Assembly (NCBI GenBank): GCA_963665095.1
Contig: OY762069.1
Location: 1,760,001 to 1,824,000, forward strand
DNA: 64,000 bases
Source of the DNA: an uncultured Desulfobacter sp.
GTDB taxonomy: Bacteria; Desulfobacterota; Desulfobacteria; Desulfobacterales; Desulfobacteraceae
Direction: 5' to 3'
Each line of letters begins with the position of its first letter. The first letter of the stretch is position 1. Position numbers and translations under genes: made by a program. Below, piece after piece: positions 51,587 to 60,990 of the stretch. Below the pieces are notes generated by a model. That model saw nothing but the letters and a program-made list of their open reading frames with translations. It was not told the origin of the DNA and did no database searches.

Positions 51587-52570
51587 CTAGAAGAATATTT
51601 GACTTTGAATATCAATCTGCTTGCTGGCTTCAGCATAAACTCCGGGATAAATACTGTCAGGTCCCCCCATGGTAAGACAGGGGATGTACGCGCCCTTGCC
51701 GTATGCATTGCAGGCCTTCTCCACCTCCGCACCCACCGATTCCGGTGTCCAGTCAGGCAAATCAACCTTAGCACTCTCAATGCCGCCCATAATGGTAATT
51801 TTGTCGCCATATTTTTTCATCAGGTCGGCAATATCATTGGTGGGGACAGCCCCCTGCCAGATATCAATACCCATCTCAATCATGTGCGGCACCAGGTTCG
51901 CGGCGTAGGAGTCACTGTGATGAACAACCACCTCAACCCCGTTTTCCTTATAAAAGCCGTAGATCTTCTTATATGCAGGCACGATAAACTCATTAAACAT
52001 ATCCGGAGATAAAAAGGAGTTAATGGCGCTGCCCCAGTCATCATGATGAAACAGCGCATCCGGCTGAATCATTTCAATGACCTTTTTGGCATAGTCCAGT
52101 TCGTACGAAGTGATGTAGGCAATCAACTCATGCATAATTTCAGGTTCTTCGTAAAACGCGACCAGAGCATCCTCCATGCCCATCATGTGATGCACCCTTT
52201 CAAAGACACCGGGGGCCACCATGGCCGTAACGAATTCTTCCTTTCTATCCACAGCGTTTGCATGGTCCACAGCAGGTTTCCAGGCATCGCCATCAGGAAT
52301 GGGCGGCGCTTTCACCACCTCTTTCCACTGGGTAATATCCTGTAGCAGCCTGTGTTCGTCATCATGGAGGGGGAAAGGACCAATCTGCCCTTCAGGAAAA
52401 GACCAGGCCACCCCCCAGCCATCTGTTGAGCTTAGCCCCGGCTTACCGGGAATTCCCTGCATGGGGAATGCCGCCTCAAAAATCATATGCATGAATTCGT
52501 ATTGTTTCACGAAGCGATCAGGGTTTCCCCCTTTAATCGTTTCCACAAGGTTTTGTCTGATGGTCAACAT
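51587..52570 (-). CDS. UroD/MtaA-superfamily protein; putative substrate:corrinoid methyltransferase
   Basis: TDGWGVAWSFP, GVFERVHHMMGMEDAL, FHHDDWG, HHSDS, ITIMGGI; start at MLTIRQN. Confidence 0.82.
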   Translation of the reverse strand: MLTIRQNLVETIKGGNPDRFVKQYEFMHMIFEAAFPMQGIPGKPGLSSTDGWGVAWSFPEGQIGPFPLHDDEHRLLQDITQWKEVVKAPPIPDGDAWKPAVDHANAVDRKEEFVTAMVAPGVFERVHHMMGMEDALVAFYEEPEIMHELIAYITSYELDYAKKVIEMIQPDALFHHDDWGSAINSFLSPDMFNEFIVPAYKKIYGFYKENGVEVVVHHSDSYAANLVPHMIEMGIDIWQGAVPTNDIADLMKKYGDKITIMGGIESAKVDLPDWTPESVGAEVEKACNAYGKGAYIPCLTMGGPDSIYPGVYAEASKQIDIQSQIFF

Positions 52571-52655
52571 AGTTGCTTTCCTTATATTTAGATAAACACA
52601 TTCAAACGCTTTTGCGCATTTGCATTCATCTATAGGAGAATACATGGGGAGGCGT

Positions 52656-52706
52656 AAAGCCGATGAAATAGAGGAAATTTCATATTTGTTATCATACATT
52701 GTGTAG
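52656..52706 (-). promoter_or_regulatory. Bipartite regulon motif, copy 4
   Basis: Minus strand reads CTACACAATGTAT-N26-TTCATCGGCTTT, pointing to the 52570 start. Confidence 0.75.
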
Positions 52707-53270
52707 GAGAAGTATATTTAAGGGGGCTGACAGCTTCCAGCAAACCGGACAGGACACGTGAGTTGATGCATCTTAACTTATGATTCAGCCTGTCGAACCC
52801 GCATGACGCTTAAAACGAAACCCACAATTTGGCCAGTATCCGGAAATGATAAAGATCACCTTTTCCCCAAGCGGACAAAATCTAATGCGCTATTATCAAT
52901 ATAACACCGACAAACAGATTTTTTTCGACATGCCGGATAAACCGGTTAAAATTTTAAATCTTTATTAAATACATACCATTAAAATTCATCCAAACAGAAC
53001 ACACAAAAAAATCAAGGCAACCCGAAGCCGATTTGAAAGTTTAAAGCGGATCAAAAAGAGACCGTCGCATTTTTCGGCATCAGATAAATTATACTAAGAA
53101 ACCGACACACGCGGAGGCGGATTGACGAACACATTCCACAAGAAAACAGATCAAAAACATAAAAACGAACTCCGATCAAAAAACTTTATTATTTATAAAC
53201 AAGTAGTTAAATCTAATAAAAGCCTAACAAAACTATACTCCACCGAACATTCCCCCAGGCGTTTATTATC

Positions 53271-53321
53271 CTACAATATGTATGATATTCCCACTCTTTT
53301 TTCCCATATTTTATCGGCTTT
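53271..53321 (+). promoter_or_regulatory. Bipartite regulon motif, copy 5
   Basis: CTACAATATGTAT-N26-TTTATCGGCTTT upstream of ATG 53402. Confidence 0.72.
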
Positions 53322-53401
53322 CCGTTTGTCGGATTCTTATCTATATATCTACAATCTTGAACCTTGCAGTTATTTATTTACTTGAAACGGAGGCATTAGA
53401 C

Positions 53402-54505
53402 ATGAGTATTCCAAAGTTTGATCCAAGCGAGCTTGAAGTCGTAGGAGAAGAACTCAATATCTTAGGCGGAGACCCCATCCCGGTTTACAATTTTCCCGTG
53501 AGCAAAAAAGAGGCCGGTCTTGCCTTATACAGAAAAGAGCCCATCTGGCACCTGATTCCCGGCATTGGCGTGGAATCTTTGACCTTTATGCCAAAGGTTA
53601 ATCCGGACAATATTGCCCGGGCCTTTGTCATGGACGGAACCTTTAACCCGGAGACCAGCAACAAAAGCGGCGGCCTTGACATGTTCGGCATTGACTGGGA
53701 GTACGTTCCCGAGGCCATGGGCTCCATGGTAAGGCCGGGAAAACCCTTTATTGAGGATGCCAACGAGATTAAGGACAAAGTGGTGTGGCCGGACATTGAC
53801 GCCTGGGACTGGGAAGGATCCGCCAAGATCAATGAGGCGTACCTGAACACGGACAAGCTGGTTTACTGCATGTTTTTCAATGGCTGGTACGAACGGCTGA
53901 TCTCCTTCATGGATTTTGAAGGCGCTGTGGTTGCCATGATTGATGACGACCAGCAGGATGCAGTTAAAGCATTTTTTGACCAGCTGTCAGATCTGTACTG
54001 CCGGATTCTGGAAAAATATTTCACCTATTATCCCCAGATCGACATTATGTGCATGCACGATGACTGGGGGGCACAGAAAGACACTTTTTTCTCCCCTGAT
54101 ACCGCAGAGGAGATGATTGTGCCCTACATGAAGCGGTGTACCGACTTCATCCGGTCAAAGGGGAAATTTTCCGATCTGCACAGCTGCGGCCAGAACTTCA
54201 AGCAGGTTCCCAATATCATTAAGGCAGGATGGGATTCATGGTGTCCCCAGGCAATGAACGATACCGAAAAAATATACGAACTGTATGGAGATCAGCTGCT
54301 GATCGGCGTTCTGCCTGAAAAATATGATATCAAAACCACATCAGAGGCGGAACAAAGAGCCTATGCAAAGGCGCATGCAGAAAAATTCTGCAACCCGGAG
54401 AAACCGTGTTCCTTAAGCTCATATGCCTTTTTTGACAACGATATTCTGACAAAGGCATATCGTGAGGAATTATACAAACAGTCCAGAATTCAGTACGCCA
54501 AATAG
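53402..54505 (+). CDS. UroD/MtaA-superfamily protein; putative substrate:corrinoid methyltransferase
   Basis: DMFGIDWEYV, WYERLISFMDFEGA, HDDWG, LHSCG; GGAGG RBS before ATG 53402. Confidence 0.82.
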   Translation: MSIPKFDPSELEVVGEELNILGGDPIPVYNFPVSKKEAGLALYRKEPIWHLIPGIGVESLTFMPKVNPDNIARAFVMDGTFNPETSNKSGGLDMFGIDWEYVPEAMGSMVRPGKPFIEDANEIKDKVVWPDIDAWDWEGSAKINEAYLNTDKLVYCMFFNGWYERLISFMDFEGAVVAMIDDDQQDAVKAFFDQLSDLYCRILEKYFTYYPQIDIMCMHDDWGAQKDTFFSPDTAEEMIVPYMKRCTDFIRSKGKFSDLHSCGQNFKQVPNIIKAGWDSWCPQAMNDTEKIYELYGDQLLIGVLPEKYDIKTTSEAEQRAYAKAHAEKFCNPEKPCSLSSYAFFDNDILTKAYREELYKQSRIQYAK

Positions 54506-54535
54506 GCTGTTAGCCAGTGTGTAAAAAAAACATTC

Positions 54536-54569
54536 CCGGTCTGATTCTTAATTTTTCAAATCAGACCGG
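54536..54569. other. Intergenic hairpin inside the operon
   Basis: CCGGTCTGATT...AATCAGACCGG 11-bp stem, no downstream U-tract. Confidence 0.5.
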
Positions 54570-54630
54570 AAACCATCAATATAGCCTCTCAAGAGGCCAT
54601 AGAAGAATCATAGGATAATATGAGGGTATT

Positions 54631-55434
54631 ATGATCATTATTGGAGAAAAAATTAACGGAGCCATTCCTTCAGTGGCAGAAGCCATTGTAAACAAAGATG
54701 AGGAATTTATTAAAAATTTGGCTGTAACCCAGTCAGAAGCCGGTTCCACCTTCATTGATGTCTGTGCATCAGTGGATGTTAAGATTGAACTTGAAACAAT
54801 GAAATGGCTTATTGACCTGGTGCAGGAAGTCACCGAGACACCCATTGCAGTGGACAGCCCGGATGCTGGCATCTGTGCGGCAGCCATTGATTTCTGCAAC
54901 AAACCGGGCCTGGTCAATTCCGTATCCATGGAAGGGGATAAAATTGATGTGGTTTTCCCCAAAATAGCCGACACCAAATGGGAGTGTGCTGCCCTCCTCT
55001 GCGATGATACCGGCATTCCCAAAACTGCGGAAAAGCGTCTGGAAGTATTTTCAGACCTTATGGAGAAAGCCAAAGAGTATAAAATTGATCCCTCCCGTCT
55101 TCACATCGATCCTCTGGTTGAGATGCTGTGTACCTCTGAAGACGGTATCAATCCGATTATAGCAGTGATGAAGGAGATCAAGCGCCAGTATCCCACCATT
55201 CACATCACCGGCGGCGCCTCCAACATCTCCTTTAATCTGCCCGCCAGAAAGTTTGTCAACCAGGCCTTCCTTATTCTGGCCATGGGCGCAGGTATGGACT
55301 CCGCAATCATCAATCCTTTGCACAAGCACATGATGGGCCTGATTTATGCCACTGAAGCCCTGAAAGGAATGGATGACTACTGCATGGAATATATTCAAGG
55401 CTATCGCGAAGGTCTATTTGGCCCTGTAAAATAA
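54631..55434 (+). CDS. Methyltetrahydrofolate:corrinoid methyltransferase (pterin-binding, AcsE/MT2 type)
   Basis: MIIIGEKING, PIAVDS, LVNSVS, IDPLV, GASNISFNLP, GMDSAI. Confidence 0.92.
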   Translation: MIIIGEKINGAIPSVAEAIVNKDEEFIKNLAVTQSEAGSTFIDVCASVDVKIELETMKWLIDLVQEVTETPIAVDSPDAGICAAAIDFCNKPGLVNSVSMEGDKIDVVFPKIADTKWECAALLCDDTGIPKTAEKRLEVFSDLMEKAKEYKIDPSRLHIDPLVEMLCTSEDGINPIIAVMKEIKRQYPTIHITGGASNISFNLPARKFVNQAFLILAMGAGMDSAIINPLHKHMMGLIYATEALKGMDDYCMEYIQGYREGLFGPVK

Positions 55435-55458
55435 ACGTAACTTATAAGGATTTAAAAA

Positions 55459-56097
55459 ATGGCGAAAATTGATGAAGTAAAAACACTTGTTGAAAAAGGT
55501 AAGACAAAACTGATTACAGATGCGGTTCAGGGCGCCCTTGATGAGGGCTGCACAGCAGACCAGATTCTTGATGCCATGGTATCTGCCATGGGTATTGTGG
55601 GTGACAAATTTTCATCCGGCGCAATTTTTGTTCCTGAAATGCTGATTGCAGCCAAAACAATGTCCAAAGGCGTTGACGTGATCAAACCACTGATGGCAAG
55701 CGACTCCGGCCCCTCTTTTGGCACATGCATCATTGGTACGGTAAAAGGCGATTTGCATGACATCGGGAAAAACCTTGTCAGCATGATGATTGAAAGTGCC
55801 GGGTTCAAAATGATTGACCTGGGCGTTGATGTGCCGCCTGAAACTTTTATCCAGGCCATTAAAGACAACGAAGGTGTGACCCTGGTGGCCTGCTCCGGCC
55901 TGCTGTCTACAACCATGCCGGCGCTGAAAGAAACTGTTGAACAGCTCAAATCCTGCGGTCTGGAGGGCTTCAAGGTCATTGTGGGCGGCGCTCCGGTTAC
56001 AGAAGATTTTGCCAGTGAGATTGGTGCGGACGGATTTGCATCAGATGCAGGTGGTGCAGCCATCAAAGCCAAAGAACTGGTCTCTGTCGCAGCTTAG
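55459..56097 (+). CDS. Corrinoid (B12-binding) protein, MtaC/MttC type
   Basis: Cap domain FVPEMLIAA; GDLHDIGKN (DxHxxG), SGLL, VGGAP. Confidence 0.95.
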   Translation: MAKIDEVKTLVEKGKTKLITDAVQGALDEGCTADQILDAMVSAMGIVGDKFSSGAIFVPEMLIAAKTMSKGVDVIKPLMASDSGPSFGTCIIGTVKGDLHDIGKNLVSMMIESAGFKMIDLGVDVPPETFIQAIKDNEGVTLVACSGLLSTTMPALKETVEQLKSCGLEGFKVIVGGAPVTEDFASEIGADGFASDAGGAAIKAKELVSVAA

Positions 56098-56302
56098 GTT
56101 AGGCATCACACAAATTGCCCTGCAGTTTTAAGGGCACTGCTCTCGGATATTTTATGACATTTTGACAGATTTGAAAATATTATGAAATATCCTGGGATCT
56201 TGTTTCATTTAAAGCAATTGAAACAAAGTATTACAACAACAAAATCCTTCCCAAATATTTTCGACCTGACACCCAGGCCATAATCAGTAAAGGAGTTATA
56301 TC

Positions 56303-58078
56303 ATGGCATTAGATCCAACCAAGCACGCGGATTGGGAAATTGCAGAAGATGCAGAAAAAAACATGCTCACCATCTATGAGATCGGTGAGAAACTGGGTTT
56401 GACCAAGGAAGAGCTTCTTCCCCAGGGGCATTACATTGGTAAAATCGACTTCATCAAAGTGCTTGACCGCCTTAAAGACAAACCCAATGGAAAATACGTT
56501 GATGTCACAGCCATCACCCCCACCCCGCTTGGGGAAGGCAAATCCACCTCTACCATGGGCCTGGTACAGGGTTTAGGCAAAATCGGGAAAAGCGTATCAG
56601 CTGCCATTCGTCAGCCTTCCGGCGGACCCACCATGAACATCAAAGGCTCTGCCGCCGGCGGCGGTCTGGCCCAGTGCATCCCTTTAACTCCCTTTTCCTT
56701 AGGGTTTACCGGGGACATCAATGCCATCATGAACGCTCACAACCTGGCCATGGTGGCGCTGACGTCCCGTCTGCAGCATGAGAGAAACTACACGGATGAG
56801 CAGCTCGAACGTCTTTCCGGCATGAAAAGAATCGACATTGACCCCACCAATATTGAAATGGGCTGGGTCATTGATTTCTGCTGCCAGTCGTTGCGCAACA
56901 TCATCATCGGTATTGACGGCGTGAACGGCAAAGCTGACGGTTTCATGATGAAATCAAAATTCGGTATTGCCGTATCTTCAGAGGTGATGGCGATTCTGGC
57001 TTTGGCCTCAGATCTCAAAGACATGCGCGAAAGAATGGGCAAAATCGTTGTGGCCTACACCAAAAAAGGCAAACCCGTTACCACGGAAGACCTGCAGGTG
57101 GCAGGAGCCATGACCGCCTGGATGGTGGATGCATTGAAACCCTCTTTGATGCAGACCCTGGAAGGCCAGCCTGTTATCGTTCATGCCGGCCCCTTTGCCA
57201 ACATTGCCATTGGCCAGAGCTCCATCATCGCTGACAAAGTAGGCCTTAAACTGGCGGACTACCATGTCACAGAGTCCGGTTTCGGTGCGGACATTGGTTT
57301 TGAAAAATTCTGGAATCTGAAATGCCGCTACTCAGGACTTACCCCTGACTGCGCGGTTGTTGTCGCCACCATCCGGGCATTGAAATGCCATGGCGGCGCG
57401 CCGGTGCCTGTTCCGGGCAAACCCATGCCCGAAGAGTACGCTTCTGAAAACGTTGAGTGGGTGGCCAAAGGCTGCGCCAACCTCATTCATCACATCCGCA
57501 ACGTCAGAAAAGCCGGTATCTCACCGGTTGTCTGCATCAATGCATTCTACACGGATACCGATGCTGAAATCGCCAAGGTCCGCGAGCTGTGTGAAGCAGA
57601 GGGTGCCAGGGTTGCGCTTTCCCGTCACTGGGAAAAGGGCGGCGACGGTGCCATTGAATTTGCAAAAACAGTTGTGGAAGCCTGCGAGGAAAAAACAGAG
57701 TTTAAATTCCTGTATGAACTGGATATGCCGCTCAAACAAAGAATCGAACTTATTGCCAGGGAAGTTTATGGTGCTGACGGCGTTGACTACTCCATGGCAG
57801 CCGAGAAAAAACTGGCCCAGCTCCAGGCGGACCCTGAGCTCTCCAAGATGGGTATGTGCATGGTGAAAACCCATCTGTCCCTGTCTGACAACCCGGCCCT
57901 TAAGGGTGTTCCCACAGGCTGGAGACTGACCATCCGCGAAGTTCTGACATACGGTGGTGCAGGTTTCATCGTACCTGTGGCAGGCGCCATCTCTCTGATG
58001 CCCGGCACCGGCTCCAACCCGGCCTTCAAACGCGTTGATGTAAACGTAGAGACCGGCAAAGTCGAAGGTGTATTCTAA
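56303..58078 (+). CDS. fhs: Formate--tetrahydrofolate ligase
   Basis: [47 protein letters not shown]. Confidence 0.97.
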   Translation: MALDPTKHADWEIAEDAEKNMLTIYEIGEKLGLTKEELLPQGHYIGKIDFIKVLDRLKDKPNGKYVDVTAITPTPLGEGKSTSTMGLVQGLGKIGKSVSAAIRQPSGGPTMNIKGSAAGGGLAQCIPLTPFSLGFTGDINAIMNAHNLAMVALTSRLQHERNYTDEQLERLSGMKRIDIDPTNIEMGWVIDFCCQSLRNIIIGIDGVNGKADGFMMKSKFGIAVSSEVMAILALASDLKDMRERMGKIVVAYTKKGKPVTTEDLQVAGAMTAWMVDALKPSLMQTLEGQPVIVHAGPFANIAIGQSSIIADKVGLKLADYHVTESGFGADIGFEKFWNLKCRYSGLTPDCAVVVATIRALKCHGGAPVPVPGKPMPEEYASENVEWVAKGCANLIHHIRNVRKAGISPVVCINAFYTDTDAEIAKVRELCEAEGARVALSRHWEKGGDGAIEFAKTVVEACEEKTEFKFLYELDMPLKQRIELIAREVYGADGVDYSMAAEKKLAQLQADPELSKMGMCMVKTHLSLSDNPALKGVPTGWRLTIREVLTYGGAGFIVPVAGAISLMPGTGSNPAFKRVDVNVETGKVEGVF

Positions 58079-58148
58079 TTAATTCCCGCATCCGGGGGCT
58101 TTCCATGTTGCCCCCGGATACCCGAAAATTTTATCAAAAGGAAACAAA

Positions 58149-58569
58149 ATGACTGCAGAAATCATTAGCGGTACCGAGATAAGAAAGACCATTCTGGCAG
58201 AAATCAAGGAAGATGTAGACAAGATGAAGGCTGACACCGGTAAAGTGCCGGGCCTGGTTACCATCCTTGTGGGTAAAAACCCCGCCTCTGTCAGCTATGT
58301 CACCCTGAGTGCTCAACGCCATCAACCCGGACAAAGATGTGGATGCATTCCATCCTGTCAACGTCGGCCGTCTGATGATCGGTGGCGATGAAGCCAAATT
58401 TCTGCCCTGCACTCCTGCCGGCATCCAGGAGATGATCGTTCGCTCAGGCACGGAAACAAGCGGTGCGGAAGTGGTTGTTGTGGGCCGGTCCAACATCGTT
58501 GGCAAACCCATTGCCATGATGATGAAAAACACCCTGAAATCCGCACAATACGCTTTGGCTGGTAAATAG
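58149..58569 (+). pseudogene. folD: folD pseudogene with two internal deletions and a frameshift
   Basis: N-terminus ...VPGLVTILVGKNPASVSYV jumps out of frame to [20 protein letters not shown]...LPCTPAG...[15 protein letters not shown], then directly to the C-terminal-like KNTLKSA. Confidence 0.9.
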
Positions 58570-58580
58570 GGCTGAAGACC

Positions 58581-58646
58581 TGTGTTTGGGCGCAAAGTTG
58601 CATAGATGCAAGGCTCAGGTGAATGACTTTGCGTTCAAACACGAAA
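58581..58646. repeat. Compact TIR element (MITE/REP-like)
   Basis: GTGTTTGGGCGCAAAGT...ACTTTGCGTTCAAACAC imperfect terminal inverted repeats; homologous to 63135-63211. Confidence 0.75.
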
Positions 58647-58688
58647 CAGCACTTATCCTTGATGACATTTTCAATAGGAGGGATTGAA

Positions 58689-59654
58689 ATGATAACCAAA
58701 AAAGAAAACTATTTAATGGCCGCAAGGGGCGAAAAGCCAGAGTGGGTTCCGTCTTTTGTGGAAGAGAGCAACATCTTTATGCCCCCTTTCTGGGATGAAG
58801 TGAACCCGGAAACCGGAACAGATTTCTGTAACGTCAAATGGGTTGAAAATGATGCCGGAAAGATGCCGGATGAACGCTGGAAAGCCATGGAACATATTGG
58901 GATGTGGCGGCAGACAGCTAAGTTTCCGGATCTGGCCACGCTTGACTGGAAGGCCATGGCTGAGCAGTTCAAAAAGCAAAGTGATCCGGAACAGGTGAAC
59001 ATTGCCATGCTCAACACCAACGGTATTTTTCTGATCCCCATCAACATGATCGGATGGGTGGACGGGCTTTGCGCCATCTATGAAGAACCTGAAGAGTTAG
59101 AGGCATTTGTCTCCAGAATTACTGATTTTCTGGTCGAGGTTGTTGGCTATTTTGGAGAATACATCCATCCGGACATTGTATTTACAGGCGATGATGTGGC
59201 CGCCGGCAACGGACCGCTGATCTCCATGCAAATCTGGGAAGATATGTATAAGCCCTATTTCAAAAAAATCATTGATGCCGTTCATGATATCGGTGCGCTG
59301 GCAGAATTTCACTGTTGCGGTAATTGCCAGGGCTTTATTGATGAATTTTTGGAAATCGGCAGTGATATCTGTCAGTTACCGGTCCCCAATGAAGCCCTTT
59401 TACAGTCAAAGGAAAAATACGGAAACAGACTGGTGATGACCGGCGGCTGGGATCGCCGCTCCAAAGCATCTCTTCCCGGTGCGCCGGAAGATGTTGTCCG
59501 GGAATCCGTGCATACCGCCATTGACACCTATGGCAAAGATGGTGCCCTGATATTCTGGGACGGCGGTGTCGTGGGCAGCAGCCAGGACTCAAAACAGAAG
59601 CTTGCATGGATATTGGACGAGCTCAGTATCTATGGGAAACAGGTTTATAAATAA
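58689..59654 (+). CDS. UroD/MtaA-superfamily protein; putative substrate:corrinoid methyltransferase
   Basis: TDFCNVKW, FTGDDVA, EFHCCG, VMTGGWD; AGGAGG RBS before ATG 58689. Confidence 0.82.
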   Translation: MITKKENYLMAARGEKPEWVPSFVEESNIFMPPFWDEVNPETGTDFCNVKWVENDAGKMPDERWKAMEHIGMWRQTAKFPDLATLDWKAMAEQFKKQSDPEQVNIAMLNTNGIFLIPINMIGWVDGLCAIYEEPEELEAFVSRITDFLVEVVGYFGEYIHPDIVFTGDDVAAGNGPLISMQIWEDMYKPYFKKIIDAVHDIGALAEFHCCGNCQGFIDEFLEIGSDICQLPVPNEALLQSKEKYGNRLVMTGGWDRRSKASLPGAPEDVVRESVHTAIDTYGKDGALIFWDGGVVGSSQDSKQKLAWILDELSIYGKQVYK

Positions 59655-59672
59655 ATATGCGGGAATAAGAAC

Positions 59673-60125
59673 ATGACGCACCACCATGATTGTAAAAGCT
59701 GTAACAGCGATACGCCCGATCATCATGATCACCACCATCAGGGACATGATCATCATGGCCACCACCACTCTTCTGATAAGAAAACGTTTCATGTGCATGT
59801 GCATGACGGGGCCACCGTTGCATCCGGTGTATTCACGGTTCCCTTAAAATACCAGGCAGTTGTTGTTTATATGCAAAACCAGCTGAAGCTGATTGCTGAA
59901 TGGGTGGATGCAGAAGGCGGCATCATTGGCCACATCAAGGCATACTTAAAGCGCAGTGATGCAAATACGCTGATGTCCATTACAGATTGTGACGAAGAGG
60001 TCAGCGTCAAAAAGAATGAGCGTGAAAGTGTAGAGATCAGTTTTACCGCAATTGTCTATGCCATTAAACCCGACGTCCTTGACTCAAGGCTGTTTGAAAT
60101 GATTCATGCCATAGAAAAATTATAA
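59673..60125 (+). CDS. Histidine-rich small protein, putative metal-binding partner of the CobW-like GTPase
   Basis: N-terminal HHHDCKSC...HHDHHHQGHDHHGHHH; GGIIGHIKA motif. Confidence 0.75.
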   Translation: MTHHHDCKSCNSDTPDHHDHHHQGHDHHGHHHSSDKKTFHVHVHDGATVASGVFTVPLKYQAVVVYMQNQLKLIAEWVDAEGGIIGHIKAYLKRSDANTLMSITDCDEEVSVKKNERESVEISFTAIVYAIKPDVLDSRLFEMIHAIEKL

Positions 60126-60155
60126 AACCATCTTTGAACTGTGTGGGAATAAGAA

Positions 60156-60755
60156 ATGAAAATAGTTATTTTAGGCGGATTTCTGGGGTCAGGCAAGACC
60201 AGCGTACTTCTTCCCATGGCCCATTTTTTAGTTGATCACGCTGAAAATTCCGACAGGAAAGTGAAGGTTGCCATCATTGAAAATGAAATCGGTGACATCG
60301 GAATTGATGACCAGTTTATACGCAACGACGGGTACAACGTAAGAAATCTTTTTGGCGGATGTGCCTGTTGTTCCCTTGCCGGAGAACTGGCAACCAGTAT
60401 TCACGCCATACGCAATGATCTGAATCCGGAGTGGCTTATCATTGAGGCCACAGGCGTGGCCTATCCAAACGGGATTCGGCAGGAGATCAAACATCTGTTT
60501 GAGTTTGAATCCAAGATCATCTGCATTGCAGATGCCAAACGATGGGCCAAAATCGCTGTGGCCCTGAAACATGTGATCACGGGCCAGGTGGAAGATGCAA
60601 CCGCTGTCTTCATCAACAAAACTGACCTGGTGGATGCCCAGGTACAAAGCAGCGTGGTCCGGGATATCCGTGCCCTGAATCCAGACACCCGGATTTATCC
60701 AATTTGCGCAACACAGGGGATTGAAGAAAATATATTTAAAGAAATCTTACTATAG
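60156..60755 (+). CDS. CobW/HypB/UreG-family (G3E) P-loop GTPase, short form
   Basis: GGFLGSGKTS, IIENEIG, GCACCS, IEATGVA, NKTD; 199 aa with no CobW C-terminal domain. Confidence 0.9.
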   Translation: MKIVILGGFLGSGKTSVLLPMAHFLVDHAENSDRKVKVAIIENEIGDIGIDDQFIRNDGYNVRNLFGGCACCSLAGELATSIHAIRNDLNPEWLIIEATGVAYPNGIRQEIKHLFEFESKIICIADAKRWAKIAVALKHVITGQVEDATAVFINKTDLVDAQVQSSVVRDIRALNPDTRIYPICATQGIEENIFKEILL

Positions 60756-60990
60756 ATTGGCCCGAGTCTCTTCCTGGACCTTAATCCCCGGCGCCAGGAG
60801 ACAATTATTTTCAAATAACATACGTCATGCCGCGAAACTGCCCGTGGCTGGCGTGCCGGATCTGTCAGGGGAAAGGCCTGCATAAACCTCCTCCATTCGC
60901 TGCTCTGATGGGTCCGGCCTTCACCCCCCAAAAAAGATCAAACCCAAACCCCATCGCATTCCAACCAGCTGAACCTCAACCGACGTCTAA

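Noticed and set aside
43420..53321. Repeated motif as a CRISPR array or mobile repeat
   Set aside because: Copies are kilobases apart, oriented to gene starts, with no regular spacers and no cas genes.
52571..53401. N-terminal extensions of the ORF-track calls 51587..52699 and 53282..54505, and the 87-aa ORF at 53122
   Set aside because: The extensions run through the promoter motifs; better RBS-linked starts are at 52570 and 53402.
58149..58569. Programmed frameshift producing a functional FolD
   Set aside because: Large parts of both domains are physically missing, so recoding could not restore the enzyme.
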